From a virus (taxonomy: Duplodnaviria > Caudoviricetes), in the IMG/VR virus record IMGVR_UViG_3300013947_000022, positions 128,001 to 192,000 of that record: a stretch of 64,000 bases of DNA; one strand, written 5' to 3'. The notes under the pieces are model-generated. The model was not told where the DNA came from, did no database searches, and saw only the letters and a list, made by a program, of their open reading frames with translations. Numbering within the stretch: position 1 is the stretch's first letter; each line of letters opens with the position of its first letter. This document shows, one piece after another, positions 10,139-19,653 of the stretch. The position numbers were made by a program, and so were the translations under genes.

Positions 10139-10577
10139 GAGAGACAATTATGAGGCGCTTTGGAACGACCTTCACAACTTGATTGCAAACACTGTCGCAA
10201 ATAAGGAAGAAGTATCTCTATATACTATTCTTACTTATATGGATGGAGCAGAAGCCGAGCTTAAAAAGCGTCTGGCAAAGAAGAACTACGATGCTTATGG
10301 TCTTTCTTATGCTCTGGGACAGATTCGCTATGCTTCTTCTATGGATAGCATTTCTCCTTTCACCTTTAGTGATTGGGTAAGCCTGTATGAAACCATCAAG
10401 AAAGCCAAGGATGAGTTTGAAGCAACTCAGATTAAGTGGTCTGACGAGCGTAATAAGTGGATTTTCCGCAAGACTTCTGCAAAGCGTAACGATATTCATA
10501 CGGTTCTTCACAACCCATATCTCACTCCTAAGATGCAGAATATGCTCTGCTACATGGCTGACCATGACCTATTTTAA
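10131..10577 (+). CDS. hypothetical protein
   Basis: AAGGAGG SD before ATG 10131. Confidence 0.7.
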   Translation: MVKRDNYEALWNDLHNLIANTVANKEEVSLYTILTYMDGAEAELKKRLAKKNYDAYGLSYALGQIRYASSMDSISPFTFSDWVSLYETIKKAKDEFEATQIKWSDERNKWIFRKTSAKRNDIHTVLHNPYLTPKMQNMLCYMADHDLF

Positions 10578-10633
10578 GGTTAATTGCACAAAAAGAGCAA
10601 TTACAAGAAAATTGCTCTTTTAAAGCAATTCAA

Positions 10634-11260
10634 ATGAACAAAAACAAACCAAAAAATAATTCAAATAAAAGGATGATTTTATTTATGGATAACACAACCA
10701 ATTTTAAGGATTGCTACAAGTATTCTGATGTTTGTGCTCGTATCATTGGCGGTGGAGACCTTGATACCATTGATGAAATGGCTATTGCAGAAACTATCTA
10801 TCGTTCTAATTTCACTATTCGTAAGGTTTACGATTTTGGAGAAATTGGAACTTGGATTGCTAATAGCTACAGTTCCGATGATTCTTCCCACTATTGCTTT
10901 AGCAAGGAAGCTCAAGAATGGCTTACTGCTAATGAGGATTGGTGGACTGGAAAGATGGAACGAGAAACAGAAAAGAAAGCCCCTTTTGATTCTCATAAAA
11001 CAGCCCATACTAATTATTCTATCGACCATGTTATCAAATGCCTGAAAAATTCTCCCCTTTATACGACTGAAACAGTTGAATATCTTTATCGACTTAAAGA
11101 TAAGGGATATTCTCTTGTTTGTTGGAGTACAATTAATAGTTGGGTGGCTATTAATTATGATGTCGCAGAAGATAACACTCATGCTGACATTAAGCGTTTT
11201 AGTTACTATCATGCCTCTATTCTTGAAGAGAACTACGATAAGGGATATTTCGATGAATAA
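10634..11260 (+). CDS. hypothetical protein (start may be 10686)
   Basis: long ORF. Confidence 0.65.
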   Translation: MNKNKPKNNSNKRMILFMDNTTNFKDCYKYSDVCARIIGGGDLDTIDEMAIAETIYRSNFTIRKVYDFGEIGTWIANSYSSDDSSHYCFSKEAQEWLTANEDWWTGKMERETEKKAPFDSHKTAHTNYSIDHVIKCLKNSPLYTTETVEYLYRLKDKGYSLVCWSTINSWVAINYDVAEDNTHADIKRFSYYHASILEENYDKGYFDE

Positions 11261-11552
11261 AAAGCATACAGAGTGTGGTATTCCTCATGCTCAAGACCTT
11301 ATCAAAAAGAAAGCTAATTTAATTCCAGATAACCTAAAAAAGAAAATGGAATCGTTTTCTTTTTGGCTTGACGTGTGGTATAAAAACGACTCTATTGAAT
11401 ACTTTAGCCATGATGAAAAAGGGTATATTCTTCATGGCTTAAGTAGACCAATTCGCGGACGTAAAATGGGCTGTGATAGAGAAATGCCCGAAGATTGTCA
11501 TGAAGCTGCGGATTGGGTTTTGGATAATTTTGAGTATTTTATATCTGTTTAA
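11253..11552 (+). CDS. hypothetical protein
   Basis: overlaps previous stop. Confidence 0.6.
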   Translation: MNKKHTECGIPHAQDLIKKKANLIPDNLKKKMESFSFWLDVWYKNDSIEYFSHDEKGYILHGLSRPIRGRKMGCDREMPEDCHEAADWVLDNFEYFISV

Positions 11553-11566
11553 GCGAGGTAAAATAA

Positions 11567-11980
11567 ATGTATCAAATTAGAAATGGAGTTTTTGAGACAA
11601 ACTCTTCCAGTACACATTCTCTTTGTATTTGCACAGAAGATGAATTCGCAGATTTTAAGTGTAACAAAGCTGTATGGAACACAAATGACAATAAAATTAC
11701 TCCTACTAACAAAATCACCCGTAATTATCTTAAACGTGCTGAGGAGTATTATAAGAAACAGCAAACTCCTTTTATGAAAGATTGGGATAGTCTATCCGCA
11801 GAGTCTCAGCTTGAGTTTATTGTTTCACAGTTCGACCAGTCCTATGCGGGAGATTGGCTTTTTGAAGGTACAACCTTTTATAAGAATTGGGGAACTGAGC
11901 TTGAAAAATTTGAAAAACATTTTACAACACCTTCTGGTGATAAAATGGTGGCTTTTGGTGAATTTGGATACGACGGCTAA
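11567..11980 (+). CDS. conserved phage protein (RxGVFETNSSSTH motif)
   Basis: motif common in large Firmicutes phages. Confidence 0.7.
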   Translation: MYQIRNGVFETNSSSTHSLCICTEDEFADFKCNKAVWNTNDNKITPTNKITRNYLKRAEEYYKKQQTPFMKDWDSLSAESQLEFIVSQFDQSYAGDWLFEGTTFYKNWGTELEKFEKHFTTPSGDKMVAFGEFGYDG

Positions 11981-12002
11981 AATTAAATTGAGGTAATTTA
12001 AA

Positions 12003-12347
12003 ATGAAGGATATTGTTTATTCTATTCCTATTGAGGATTTTATTGACCGTGTAAACAAGGCTGATACAGAGCTTGTAAAGGACAGAAGTGACGAATATCT
12101 TCTTAATAGCAATCTCTGGACTGATAGTGAGCATATTCTTGCTAATGCTTGTCTCAACCTTGAAGATGCTCGTAATATGGGTATGGACACAGTTATTTGC
12201 TCTATCACAAATGGGATAAGCAAATGGTATGCTATGAAAAAAGGTGCAAATGGGTATCGCGGAGAAGATACTAAGCTATTTTTTGCTCCTGCTATGTATG
12301 CTCGTTTCTTTACACTGGTAAGGATTGAGGATGAATTTAAACCTTAA
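12003..12347 (+). CDS. hypothetical protein
   Basis: GAGGT SD. Confidence 0.65.
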   Translation: MKDIVYSIPIEDFIDRVNKADTELVKDRSDEYLLNSNLWTDSEHILANACLNLEDARNMGMDTVICSITNGISKWYAMKKGANGYRGEDTKLFFAPAMYARFFTLVRIEDEFKP

Positions 12348-12373
12348 TCGCACAACAAAATTTTAAAAGTCTC

Positions 12374-12430
12374 TTGACAACCCTCTTATAATCTGCTATA
12401 CTATATCATAGTAAGAAATAGGAGGGCTGT
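12374..12430 (+). promoter_or_regulatory. sigma-A promoter with anti-SD in spacer
   Basis: TTGACA-17-TATACT; acaaccctcttat / ataggagggctgt. Confidence 0.7.
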
Positions 12431-12435
12431 TTTTT

Positions 12436-12648
12436 ATGTATAAAATCATTTCAAACAAAGCAACAACTTACAGTTGTACTTGTCCTGTGTGTAATAGTTA
12501 TTTCCTTTTTACTCAAGGGGAACTTCAATATCAGGACGCTTTTTCAGACCTTGCTTATTTTGATTGTCCATGTTGTGGCGCTGTCCTTACTAATGACAAA
12601 GCGGAAAAAGCACATAGACAAAGCCATTTCAATGAAGTTGTATTTTGA
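12436..12648 (+). CDS. zinc-ribbon protein
   Basis: CPVC and CPCC. Confidence 0.65.
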   Translation: MYKIISNKATTYSCTCPVCNSYFLFTQGELQYQDAFSDLAYFDCPCCGAVLTNDKAEKAHRQSHFNEVVF

Positions 12649-12767
12649 ATAAAATATCCTTTTTATTCGTTTTTGGATTTCTTAAAATGTTTTCAGAAAA
12701 AATTATTCGGTGTAAATATACATTAAATAATACATAAAATGAATTAATATACAAGGAGAATACAATT

Positions 12768-13016
12768 ATGAATCCTAATGTTTGCGCTGATACAACCACT
12801 TTTGCTCAGTATATGGAGAACAATCTGCATCTTTTCTGTCTTTGCGATTGCTATATCAATCTCTTCCCTCACTTTCCTAAGTCTGATGGTAAAGCATTTG
12901 ATGAACCCGTGCGAATGTCAATCAAAAACGCTCTCCAACTCTTTGGGGATAAAAACCTTATTCAAATTAAAATCTATGATGGCTGCTTTTATTTTCAACT
13001 CGAAATGAAAGATTGA
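12768..13016 (+). CDS. hypothetical protein
   Basis: AAGGAG SD. Confidence 0.6.
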   Translation: MNPNVCADTTTFAQYMENNLHLFCLCDCYINLFPHFPKSDGKAFDEPVRMSIKNALQLFGDKNLIQIKIYDGCFYFQLEMKD

Positions 13017-13034
13017 CAAAGGAGAATTATTAAA

Positions 13035-13334
13035 ATGCTTTATACTTATAATTTAACACTTGCTGATACGATTCTTTATATGAACAGTTCTGATTACAAA
13101 GAACGTTTTATTGGAGAATATTGGCAGACAAGAATCCGTTATGATAAGCTTCATGATATGACCGTAAGATACGAAGCAGGAAAGTTGAATTTTACTCCTA
13201 CTTGTTCTTTAGATTTGCTCAAGGAACAGAAGAAGTATATGGGACTGTATCTCAACAAGCTTGAAATTCGTGCGTTTCTTGAAGATATTAACCTTGCAAA
13301 GCCATTTATGATTAATAACAATATGGAGGGCTAA
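13035..13334 (+). CDS. crAss001_48-related protein
   Basis: SSDYKERFxxEYxQ..RYxKL..FTPTC..LLxxQ motif. Confidence 0.65.
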   Translation: MLYTYNLTLADTILYMNSSDYKERFIGEYWQTRIRYDKLHDMTVRYEAGKLNFTPTCSLDLLKEQKKYMGLYLNKLEIRAFLEDINLAKPFMINNNMEG

Positions 13335-13337
13335 CAA

Positions 13338-13529
13338 ATGCTTACTATAAGCAAGATTTATCGCATCGTCGATGATAAGAACAACACTCGTATTACAGTT
13401 GAAAAAGATGGCGGCATCTATCGCTGGGAAGTAAAGAATGCTGATGGCGATGAGCTTGGTTTCACTCTTACTGACCTCAATATGTCTCATGTTTTTCAGG
13501 CTATTAAGGATATGGGCAATTTTGTTTGA
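13338..13529 (+). CDS. hypothetical protein
   Basis: GGAGG SD. Confidence 0.6.
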   Translation: MLTISKIYRIVDDKNNTRITVEKDGGIYRWEVKNADGDELGFTLTDLNMSHVFQAIKDMGNFV

Positions 13530-13538
13530 GGTAAAACA

Positions 13539-13820
13539 ATGATTATTGAAAAGAAACTTGATGAGCAGGGAATGCTTCGAGAAGATATTCTTAGAAACAA
13601 TCCATTTAAAGATTGTACTGCTCGTGAACTTCACTCTTATTGGCTTGCTCTTAAGAGGCTCTACAAAGAAGAGTGGGATTTTGTGAGCCAAAAAGATAAC
13701 CCCTTAACATCCATTCTTGCAGAAAAATATAGTTATTCTGAAAATTTTGTCCCTGATTTTATGGTCTTGCAAATGGAACAGGATTTGCTTCGAGCAATTG
13801 CTTGTGAAGCTTTTGGTTAA
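13539..13820 (+). CDS. hypothetical protein
   Basis: GAGGT SD. Confidence 0.6.
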   Translation: MIIEKKLDEQGMLREDILRNNPFKDCTARELHSYWLALKRLYKEEWDFVSQKDNPLTSILAEKYSYSENFVPDFMVLQMEQDLLRAIACEAFG

Positions 13821-13841
13821 AAAATAAAAATTAAAATCCTA

Positions 13842-13896
13842 TTGACAACCTCTTTAGAGTGTGGTATTATAATGATACTGAATCTAAGGAGGTTGT
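13842..13896 (+). promoter_or_regulatory. sigma-A promoter with anti-SD in spacer
   Basis: TTGACA..TATTAT; acaacctctttaga / tctaaggaggttgt. Confidence 0.7.
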
Positions 13897-13901
13897 TTTT
13901 T

Positions 13902-14069
13902 ATGAAGATGGAGCTTGGCACAAAGATTGATTATTTTGGTAATGTTTATGAGTATATTGGAAACGAAAGCGATTCTGATAACAGAATGATTTTCCAATCT
14001 GTTAGTAACGATTCTTATATTATCTTAACAGAAAAAGATTTTATTGAGGATGATATTCAGATTTTTTAA
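13902..14069 (+). CDS. small hypothetical protein
   Basis: ATG after SD. Confidence 0.6.
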   Translation: MKMELGTKIDYFGNVYEYIGNESDSDNRMIFQSVSNDSYIILTEKDFIEDDIQIF

Positions 14070-14082
14070 GGAGGCAAATATT

Positions 14083-14331
14083 ATGCTTCACAGTATCAAA
14101 GACCTTGAAAATTGGCTCAAAAAGCATGGTAAGATTCTTGATAGCAAGGTAGAAATTTTAGAACCTCATAAGCCCAGATATTTTATCTCCTATGATTTTT
14201 ATTGGAATGGAGAACTGGCCGCAGGTTTTGCTTGCGGACAAAAGACCTACCGAAAGTGTTTGCAGACTATTTACAATGACTGTATTGAAATGATTTGCAA
14301 TTATATTACAAAAGGAGTGTATTGGGAATGA
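14083..14331 (+). CDS. hypothetical protein
   Basis: AAGGAGG SD. Confidence 0.6.
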   Translation: MLHSIKDLENWLKKHGKILDSKVEILEPHKPRYFISYDFYWNGELAAGFACGQKTYRKCLQTIYNDCIEMICNYITKGVYWE

Positions 14332-14675
14332 AGCGCGATAACCAGACTCACAATAAACTGGACAATTATATTCGAGAAGAGTTTCGTCGTGGCATGGAAA
14401 ATGATTCTACTTTCAAGATTAACTATCCCTCCGCAGATAGATTCCTTGAAATTGTCCAAATGATGAAAAAAGAATCTGACCTTATTGGAAAGAAGTCTAT
14501 GACTTTCTATGAAAGCGATTTCTATCGTGAAAGGCTCGAAGCTATTTCTAATCGAATTAATTTAGACATTGAAAAAGCTATTGAGAACGATAAGTCTCTT
14601 AAGCCTATTCCAAATAAGGCTGCTAAAACAAAGGGCTCTGTTTATGAAACTGTTATCTATGACGTCTGTTTATGA
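14328..14675 (+). CDS. hypothetical protein
   Basis: ATGA overlap with previous stop. Confidence 0.6.
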   Translation: MKRDNQTHNKLDNYIREEFRRGMENDSTFKINYPSADRFLEIVQMMKKESDLIGKKSMTFYESDFYRERLEAISNRINLDIEKAIENDKSLKPIPNKAAKTKGSVYETVIYDVCL

Positions 14676-14692
14676 AACTTTTATCTATGACG
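14637..14692 (+). repeat. 28-bp tandem duplication
   Basis: tctgtttatgaaact(g/t)ttatctatgacg x2. Confidence 0.9.
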
Positions 14693-14702
14693 GAGGAAGT
14701 TA

Positions 14703-15074
14703 ATGGGAAAACATGAGTTTAAAAATGAGATTCTTTCTATCGAAGATGTTTCTAAGATAATTGAATTTATCGTATTTGGCATTTCTAACAATTTCATTTC
14801 TCGTCGGACTCCTCCTCATTGGGAAAAAGCAGTTGACGAATTTCATCGTTGTAAAAGCTGTGGAATTACCTATTTTAAACGAAGCAAAAAGATAACCGCC
14901 TATTATCCAGATAAGATTATCGTATCCCAAAACGGAGAGGATGTTATATGGCAAGGATTCTCTCCTGATGAATTGACCCCGCCCACAACTGGGCGAGATG
15001 TTTGTTGGAATCTAAATGACGACCTTGCTTCTTTTCTTGAAGCTATCTATGAATTTAAATTAAACCACCTCTAA
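14703..15074 (+). CDS. hypothetical protein
   Basis: GGAGG SD. Confidence 0.65.
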   Translation: MGKHEFKNEILSIEDVSKIIEFIVFGISNNFISRRTPPHWEKAVDEFHRCKSCGITYFKRSKKITAYYPDKIIVSQNGEDVIWQGFSPDELTPPTTGRDVCWNLNDDLASFLEAIYEFKLNHL

Positions 15075-15101
15075 AAATCTAAAAAAGAGAAATGAATATT
15101 T

Positions 15102-15590
15102 ATGTCAAAACTCGGTAATGTATACGAGCTGGATTTTAATACAAGAATGAAGAATAAATATCCAGTTGTGTACATCAATGACGAATATATTGTTTGTAAA
15201 CGCAATGGAACTAAATATCCAAAAGTAGTTAAGCGCAACGATGGCAGTATTTATGTTTATGGAGAAGTGCTTGACTATGCTATTTTTAAAGCGATGAGCA
15301 ATCCTCTTAAGGATAGAAGTTCTTATACCCTCTATGTTCCCCACGGTACTAACGAAACTTTTTCTGAGTTTTATGCTCAGTCAGAAGCAGAAAAAGAACT
15401 TGAAAAGGCTAAGAGACAACTTAATACTGCCACTTGGAATTTAAACAAACTCGTAAAAGAACTTGATGAAATTAAAAATAAAATTAATCAAGTTCAAAAA
15501 ACTGTCGCAGATAGACAAGCTGTAATAGACAAGTATGAGGAAATTGTAGCAAAGGAGAAAAAGAAAGCTGATGTTAAGTACGGCTATTAA
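15102..15590 (+). CDS. hypothetical protein with C-terminal coiled coil
   Basis: 162 aa ORF. Confidence 0.65.
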   Translation: MSKLGNVYELDFNTRMKNKYPVVYINDEYIVCKRNGTKYPKVVKRNDGSIYVYGEVLDYAIFKAMSNPLKDRSSYTLYVPHGTNETFSEFYAQSEAEKELEKAKRQLNTATWNLNKLVKELDEIKNKINQVQKTVADRQAVIDKYEEIVAKEKKKADVKYGY

Positions 15591-15626
15591 AAATAGCATT
15601 TGACAAGATAAAATCTTATAAAACTA

Positions 15627-15680
15627 TTGACAACTCCTTTTCAGTCTGGTACAATAATAGTATCAAAGAAAAGGAGTTGT
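15627..15680 (+). promoter_or_regulatory. sigma-A promoter with anti-SD in spacer
   Basis: TTGACA-17-TACAAT; acaactccttttc / gaaaaggagttgt (13-bp perfect IR). Confidence 0.75.
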
Positions 15681-15685
15681 TTTTT

Positions 15686-16273
15686 ATGCGAGTTGATTTA
15701 ATGATTCAATCTTTTCAAAAAAAGACAGATGAATTTAAAGATATTATGGACGAAGCATTGTCTAAAAACGACTCTATAATTTATGAAATGTTTAAGGAAT
15801 ATTATGATGAATCTTTTACTTTTCTTAATCAGTTGAAGATGTTATTGGATAATGGATATAAGCATTGTTATATGATACCTGTTTTTCATCGAAACGGAGA
15901 AGATTACGACTTACGCTTTACTTTTACCAAAATAAGAATTAAATATGAATGGCAATTACAAGACATAAATCATATCGTCTTTGGTAGTGATGATAGCTAT
16001 AGAATCATATACTCCAATATTTTTAATTGGGAGATTAACGGAGAAGCTTATTATATCTACGGAGATTTTGGCTTTAGTTATGGCTCCCAAATGCAAAAAG
16101 ATGGAGTTCCTTGGCGTAATATTCCTGAGTACAAGCGGATTGACGATTGGCGCGGGAATCATCTTGATGATGATTTATATGAAGATGAAAAGGAAAATGA
16201 AGAAGAAATTGAAAAAACGAGTTTAAAAAATGAAGATTCCGCTCACCTTTCTACGCTCCATGCTCCTACTTAA
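15686..16273 (+). CDS. hypothetical protein
   Basis: ATG after SD. Confidence 0.65.
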   Translation: MRVDLMIQSFQKKTDEFKDIMDEALSKNDSIIYEMFKEYYDESFTFLNQLKMLLDNGYKHCYMIPVFHRNGEDYDLRFTFTKIRIKYEWQLQDINHIVFGSDDSYRIIYSNIFNWEINGEAYYIYGDFGFSYGSQMQKDGVPWRNIPEYKRIDDWRGNHLDDDLYEDEKENEEEIEKTSLKNEDSAHLSTLHAPT

Positions 16274-16350
16274 AATTTTTAAGTCAAATATACATCGCAC
16301 TTAAAAAAATTAAGTCAAACCCACCCCAAACTTAAAAAAATTAAGCAAAA
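16268..16350. repeat. three quasi-palindromic ACTTAA-N-TTAAG(T)C repeats
   Basis: acttaaaaaaattaagtcaaa-like units x3, about 30 bp spacing. Confidence 0.7.
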
Positions 16351-16444
16351 TGGTAAATAAAATGGAAGTTTTATTTGCCACCTTTTCTACTCTCGTTCAC
16401 ATTCTGTTCATAAATTGTTTCGACCAGTTATTAGGAGGTATACC

Positions 16445-16810
16445 ATGAAAATTGAAAAAGCTATCGCTACTATTATTCGTACTATCAAAGATTATAAGTC
16501 TCAACCTTTTGTTACCTGCACTCCCCTCTTTGAGCTTATGTGTGAACAACTTATTAGTCTTCTTGATTCAAAACAGAAACAGGGCTATGAATACTTCTTT
16601 TATGTTCATGATGGTAGAAAAGATGAACGTGGTTTCTATTTGAATAATTATATTTTGACTTTTACCGACGTTAAACACGTTTCTGATATTGAATCTCAAA
16701 ATTATTTCCAGATTGATGATGAATTTTCCGATTTGATTGATTTTATTGATTTCGATTTCTGGTATGCTTATTGTCTGGACGATTATAAAATTCTTGCTGT
16801 TGTAGAGTGA
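16445..16810 (+). CDS. hypothetical protein
   Basis: AGGAGG SD. Confidence 0.65.
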   Translation: MKIEKAIATIIRTIKDYKSQPFVTCTPLFELMCEQLISLLDSKQKQGYEYFFYVHDGRKDERGFYLNNYILTFTDVKHVSDIESQNYFQIDDEFSDLIDFIDFDFWYAYCLDDYKILAVVE

Positions 16811-16865
16811 AATAAGAGGATTAGAGTAAACTGAAAAATAATATTGAAAATTCTATAAAAACCTA

Positions 16866-16919
16866 TTGACAAATCCTCCTTTGTCTGGTATACTTGTTAT
16901 ATCAAATGAAGGAGGATTT
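16866..16919 (+). promoter_or_regulatory. sigma-A promoter with anti-SD in spacer
   Basis: TTGACA-17-TATACT; aaatcctcctt / aaggaggattt. Confidence 0.75.
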
Positions 16920-16924
16920 CTTTT

Positions 16925-17479
16925 ATGAATAAGAATAAGTACAACGCTCAAATTTTTCCTAATGGTCATGTGATTATCTTTGAACAGAGTATTCTTGATG
17001 AGGCAATTGAAAAGGGAAAAGAGATTCTTCTTGTTTGTGTCAACGCAGATGGTGGTTATGCTTACGCAATTGGAGCGGAACCTTATGAAGACGGATTGTG
17101 TTTGTACACAAATACTATCGACAATTCTATTTTTACCCCAGAAGATTACAATAAATTTTATCGTATTATCATTGATTGGGGTGAAGATATTATTATGGCA
17201 AGTGGATACCCTGCTACCTCTTATCGTTTTGGCTATTTTATTGATGATAAAAGTGAGATTGTTGATTATAATAAGGCACTTTTTCGTAAATTTGTTGATG
17301 CGGAACGAACGGTAAAAAATCTTACGGTAAAACATATTGGCGGAGACAATGAAAACGAAAGAGATATTGAAGATTGGAAAGAACGTGTCTGGGCTTTGAT
17401 TCGCTATCACATTGTTTCGGAAGATGCTTTAAAGTATTGCGTAGAAGAAGATGAAGAAGAAAACGAAGAAGAAAATTAA
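16925..17479 (+). CDS. hypothetical protein
   Basis: 184 aa ORF. Confidence 0.7.
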   Translation: MNKNKYNAQIFPNGHVIIFEQSILDEAIEKGKEILLVCVNADGGYAYAIGAEPYEDGLCLYTNTIDNSIFTPEDYNKFYRIIIDWGEDIIMASGYPATSYRFGYFIDDKSEIVDYNKALFRKFVDAERTVKNLTVKHIGGDNENERDIEDWKERVWALIRYHIVSEDALKYCVEEDEEENEEEN

Positions 17480-17498
17480 GAGATAAGGGGGGCTTATT

Positions 17499-18089
17499 AT
17501 GTACAGTACACCTGTTAGAATTGATTCTACTATCGTTGCAAGCCGTCTTAAGATGGCTCGTGAAAATAAAAAGCTTTCTAAGGCTAATGTGGCTAAGGCT
17601 CTTAATATCGCTACAAGCTCTATGACTTACTATGAACAGGGACAAACTCTTCCCTCTATTGATAAACTCTATGCTCTTGCTGATTATTATGGCGTGACTA
17701 TGGATTGGCTCTGTGGGCGTGTTAATAAGAATGATGCTGTCCTTAAAACTGAATTTGATGTGGCTGAGATTCTGCTCGCTGCTTTGCAGTTTGAGGGTAT
17801 CGAGCTTACTACTGAAATTAAGTCCGATTCTTTTAATAAAATTGAATTCGCTAAATTTGCTTTAAATTCTCAGTTTCTCAATCAATTTTTTGTTAATCGT
17901 TTTTATCTAAATCGAATTAAAGAAAATTGTACCACAGAAGAAACTAAGCAAACTATGCTTGAGGTTATTAAGGCTCGTCAGGAAATTGAATCTATGTACA
18001 CTAAGATGCTTGAAGAAACTGATTTGAAGCTTAAAGATGGTCAGGATAATATGAGCGTTCGCAGAGATAGAAGTATTTATAGTAAGTAA
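17499..18089 (+). CDS. XRE-family HTH transcriptional regulator
   Basis: RLKMARENKKLSKANVAKALNI..YEQG..PS..L..LADYYGVTMDWL. Confidence 0.85.
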   Translation: MYSTPVRIDSTIVASRLKMARENKKLSKANVAKALNIATSSMTYYEQGQTLPSIDKLYALADYYGVTMDWLCGRVNKNDAVLKTEFDVAEILLAALQFEGIELTTEIKSDSFNKIEFAKFALNSQFLNQFFVNRFYLNRIKENCTTEETKQTMLEVIKARQEIESMYTKMLEETDLKLKDGQDNMSVRRDRSIYSK

Positions 18090-18142
18090 ACTTGTTTATC
18101 TTATATGCTATAAATAAGTTTGCAACAAGTTTAAAATATTTC

Positions 18143-18207
18143 TTGACAATTTATATCTTGTGTGTTATAATGTAGACAGAGATTGATATAGTCTCTGTCT
18201 ACTTTTT
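18143..18207 (+). promoter_or_regulatory. promoter abutting a terminator-like hairpin
   Basis: TTGACA-17-TATAAT then gtagacagaga/tctctgtctac + TTTTT. Confidence 0.65.
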
Positions 18208-18231
18208 GTGTCTTAAGGAGACTTAATATAA

Positions 18232-19653
18232 ATGTATGATTATGAAACTATAAGAAAAAATTTTGAAAAAATTAAGTCTAAAGAAATATTAACATATAAA
18301 CAAATGTGCGAAAAAATAGGCGATATTCCATCTACAAATGGCGCTCGAAGAAAACATCAGTTTGAAGAATGGAAAAGATATGTCGATTGGAAGTCTGTCG
18401 GTCGAGGTAATTTTACTAAAATTAAATTGTTTTCAGAAGAAGAAGTTATAGAAAATATTTTTGAAAAATGTATGACTGATAGCCTTAGTTATACTTTAAG
18501 CGCCTTTCTTGTTTTATACGCTTCTTATAGCGATGGAAAAACAAGACTATATACTTCTTATTCTGAATTGGCTAAATCTTTTGGTATGTTTAACGAAGAT
18601 TTTAATACAGCTCGTTTTAATTTACCTGAAACAGAATTTGATTGTGAAACAGAATTGCTTGGTTTAAGAAACGACCGTTATGATGGGCTTGAAGAAATGA
18701 AATTGGCTATCCGTCAAGCAAGAAAAGATAATCCTAAAGGTCTTTCTACTAAAAATCATAAATCAGTTCAAGATTTTTTCTTGCGTTATTCCAGAAATGC
18801 TAACGGTAAAATTGAATCAATTTTAAATAAGTTTAAAAAAGATAAAGTTTTAAATTATTCTGAAACTTATTGCGGTGCTTTTTTTGATGGAAATAATGAA
18901 GATATTCAGGCTCATTTAAAAGATATTTACTTAAGCCCTAAAGATAAATCATATTATTATGATGTTATTTCCAAAAATGAAAAGGACGAAGAAATTAAAA
19001 CAAGAATACTTGTTCCTTACAAAGATAGAGTTTTTGTTGGGGATGAAGAAGCTATTTATTTAACTATTCAAAATAAATATGCTCACGATTTGGGCTACCG
19101 TAACTATGGTGAAGCTTTAAGTTTTGGTAAAGGAAAAGAAATTGATAAGCTTTCTCAAATAGAACTGCGAGAAAAACTTCATTGTTTTTATGTTCGTCCA
19201 GCTTTAAATATCTTATTCTCTCCTAATGGCTTAAGTTATAATAAGGAATACTATCAAAAGAATTTGGAAGAAATGTTTAGTATTCCTATTGTCTTATCTT
19301 CTATTCAAGAAACTAATAAGCAAAATAAATCTACTTTTTTAGATAATATAAAGGAAAGACAAGAAACTGAAACTCCATCTAATAGAAGGAAATTCGGTGA
19401 AGAATGGAGTTCTTTAGCTTGGAAAGAACTACAGCGTGAACAAAATATGTTCTACCTTGTGCAAGATAGACTATCTAAAAGATACCTTGATATTAAAAAT
19501 ACTAAATATTTACCAGAAACAGAAAATTCTTCTCTTCAATCTGTAGTCGATTATGAGGGACAATATAAAGATAGTATCTGGTTGAGCGTATTTGAAAATA
19601 GTATCCGTAAAACAGAAAATTTAACCTCTTGTCATTCTCTTGACATTTTGTGA
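18232..19653 (+). CDS. large hypothetical protein (possibly DNA-binding or replication-related)
   Basis: 473 aa ORF with AAGGAG SD. Confidence 0.7.
   Translation: MYDYETIRKNFEKIKSKEILTYKQMCEKIGDIPSTNGARRKHQFEEWKRYVDWKSVGRGNFTKIKLFSEEEVIENIFEKCMTDSLSYTLSAFLVLYASYSDGKTRLYTSYSELAKSFGMFNEDFNTARFNLPETEFDCETELLGLRNDRYDGLEEMKLAIRQARKDNPKGLSTKNHKSVQDFFLRYSRNANGKIESILNKFKKDKVLNYSETYCGAFFDGNNEDIQAHLKDIYLSPKDKSYYYDVISKNEKDEEIKTRILVPYKDRVFVGDEEAIYLTIQNKYAHDLGYRNYGEALSFGKGKEIDKLSQIELREKLHCFYVRPALNILFSPNGLSYNKEYYQKNLEEMFSIPIVLSSIQETNKQNKSTFLDNIKERQETETPSNRRKFGEEWSSLAWKELQREQNMFYLVQDRLSKRYLDIKNTKYLPETENSSLQSVVDYEGQYKDSIWLSVFENSIRKTENLTSCHSLDIL

Noticed and set aside
13842-13901. TTG starts such as MTTSLE (13842), MTNLYS (5658), MSSKIH (37531) and MWYCTF (54103)
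   Set aside because: They overlap promoter boxes; the true starts lie downstream after the SD.
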